A stretch of 64,000 bases of DNA from Octopus vulgaris (lineage: Eukaryota): NCBI GenBank assembly GCA_951406725.2, contig OX597820.1, forward strand, positions 55,862,001 through 55,926,000, in the 5' to 3' direction. Every line of letters starts with the position of its first letter. The first letter of the stretch is position 1. Under the pieces are notes generated by a model that did no database searches, was not told where the DNA came from, and saw only the letters and a program-made list of their open reading frames with translations. Shown here one piece after another: positions 63,478 through 64,000 of the stretch. The position numbers and the translations under genes are program-made.

Positions 63478-64000
63478 CTAGGAAAATATAAGTAAAAATG
63501 AGGTTAAATTCTAAAGGAGTATTTGAGTGAAAAAACAATAATTTACTGTGTCATTTAAATTTTATGCAGCTGACATCTAGCTCAGATAATAGTAAGCTAG
63601 AGAGTCATTGATTTACATTTTACACTTGCATGCTAATTAAATAAGTACCATGAGATTAATTAGGTGCAAGAGTATTATATAATTAATAAATGTTTCATTA
63701 ACTGGCTGTAAGTCATATGAATCAAGAGGAAGCAATAGAAAAGCACTAGCAAATATCCTTGCTTCAGGTAGAAGTTACAAAGACAGTAAATAAATGATCG
63801 AAATCTTTAAATTCATTTTCTCTTTTTTGCATTAACAAGGAAATATTCATAAGGCCAAATTTAAACAACTTTTGGAGAAGTCATCATTACTATCACTGTT
63901 GTTTAAACATCAGTTTCCAAGCTGGTACATGTTGGATGAGTTCACAGTACAGCATGCTGTTACTCTCCTACATCTTGTGTCATCCAATCTGCAAGCTCTA

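Noticed and set aside
63478-63538. First 20 residues of the 171-aa minus-strand ORF
   Set aside because: This is intron sequence upstream of the TTTTCCTAG acceptor, and COX10 similarity starts at GAWLL.

Overview
AT-rich, repeat-dense animal genomic DNA. It is most likely an octopus or other coleoid cephalopod, inferred from recalled SINE families with (GAT)n tails and not from a database search. Host genes: (i) the first coding exon of an SRSF3/SRSF7/Rbp1-like RRM gene on the minus strand (26319-26464), missed by the ORF track, whose intron seems to run off the left edge; (ii) an intronless NTHL1 endonuclease III gene (54015-55217, +); (iii) the last coding exon of COX10 (63023-63477, -). 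Mobile DNA: one complete, young, GC-rich Helitron (30786-36929) whose RepHel has three lesions, plus remnants of Tigger, mariner/Tc1, RTE, CR1/L2 and Gypsy elements, TTAA MITEs and many SINEs. The most unusual signal lies at about 29.7-43.5 kb. It is a cluster of non-coding elements next to (TA)n or (CA)n tracts carrying type I hammerhead ribozyme motifs: three copies with intact cores and four degenerate, in three architectures. Five large fold-back repeats fall in the same interval. This resembles Penelope-like pLTRs or retrozyme-type non-autonomous retroelements. All alignments and folds were done by eye, so repeat boundaries are approximate.
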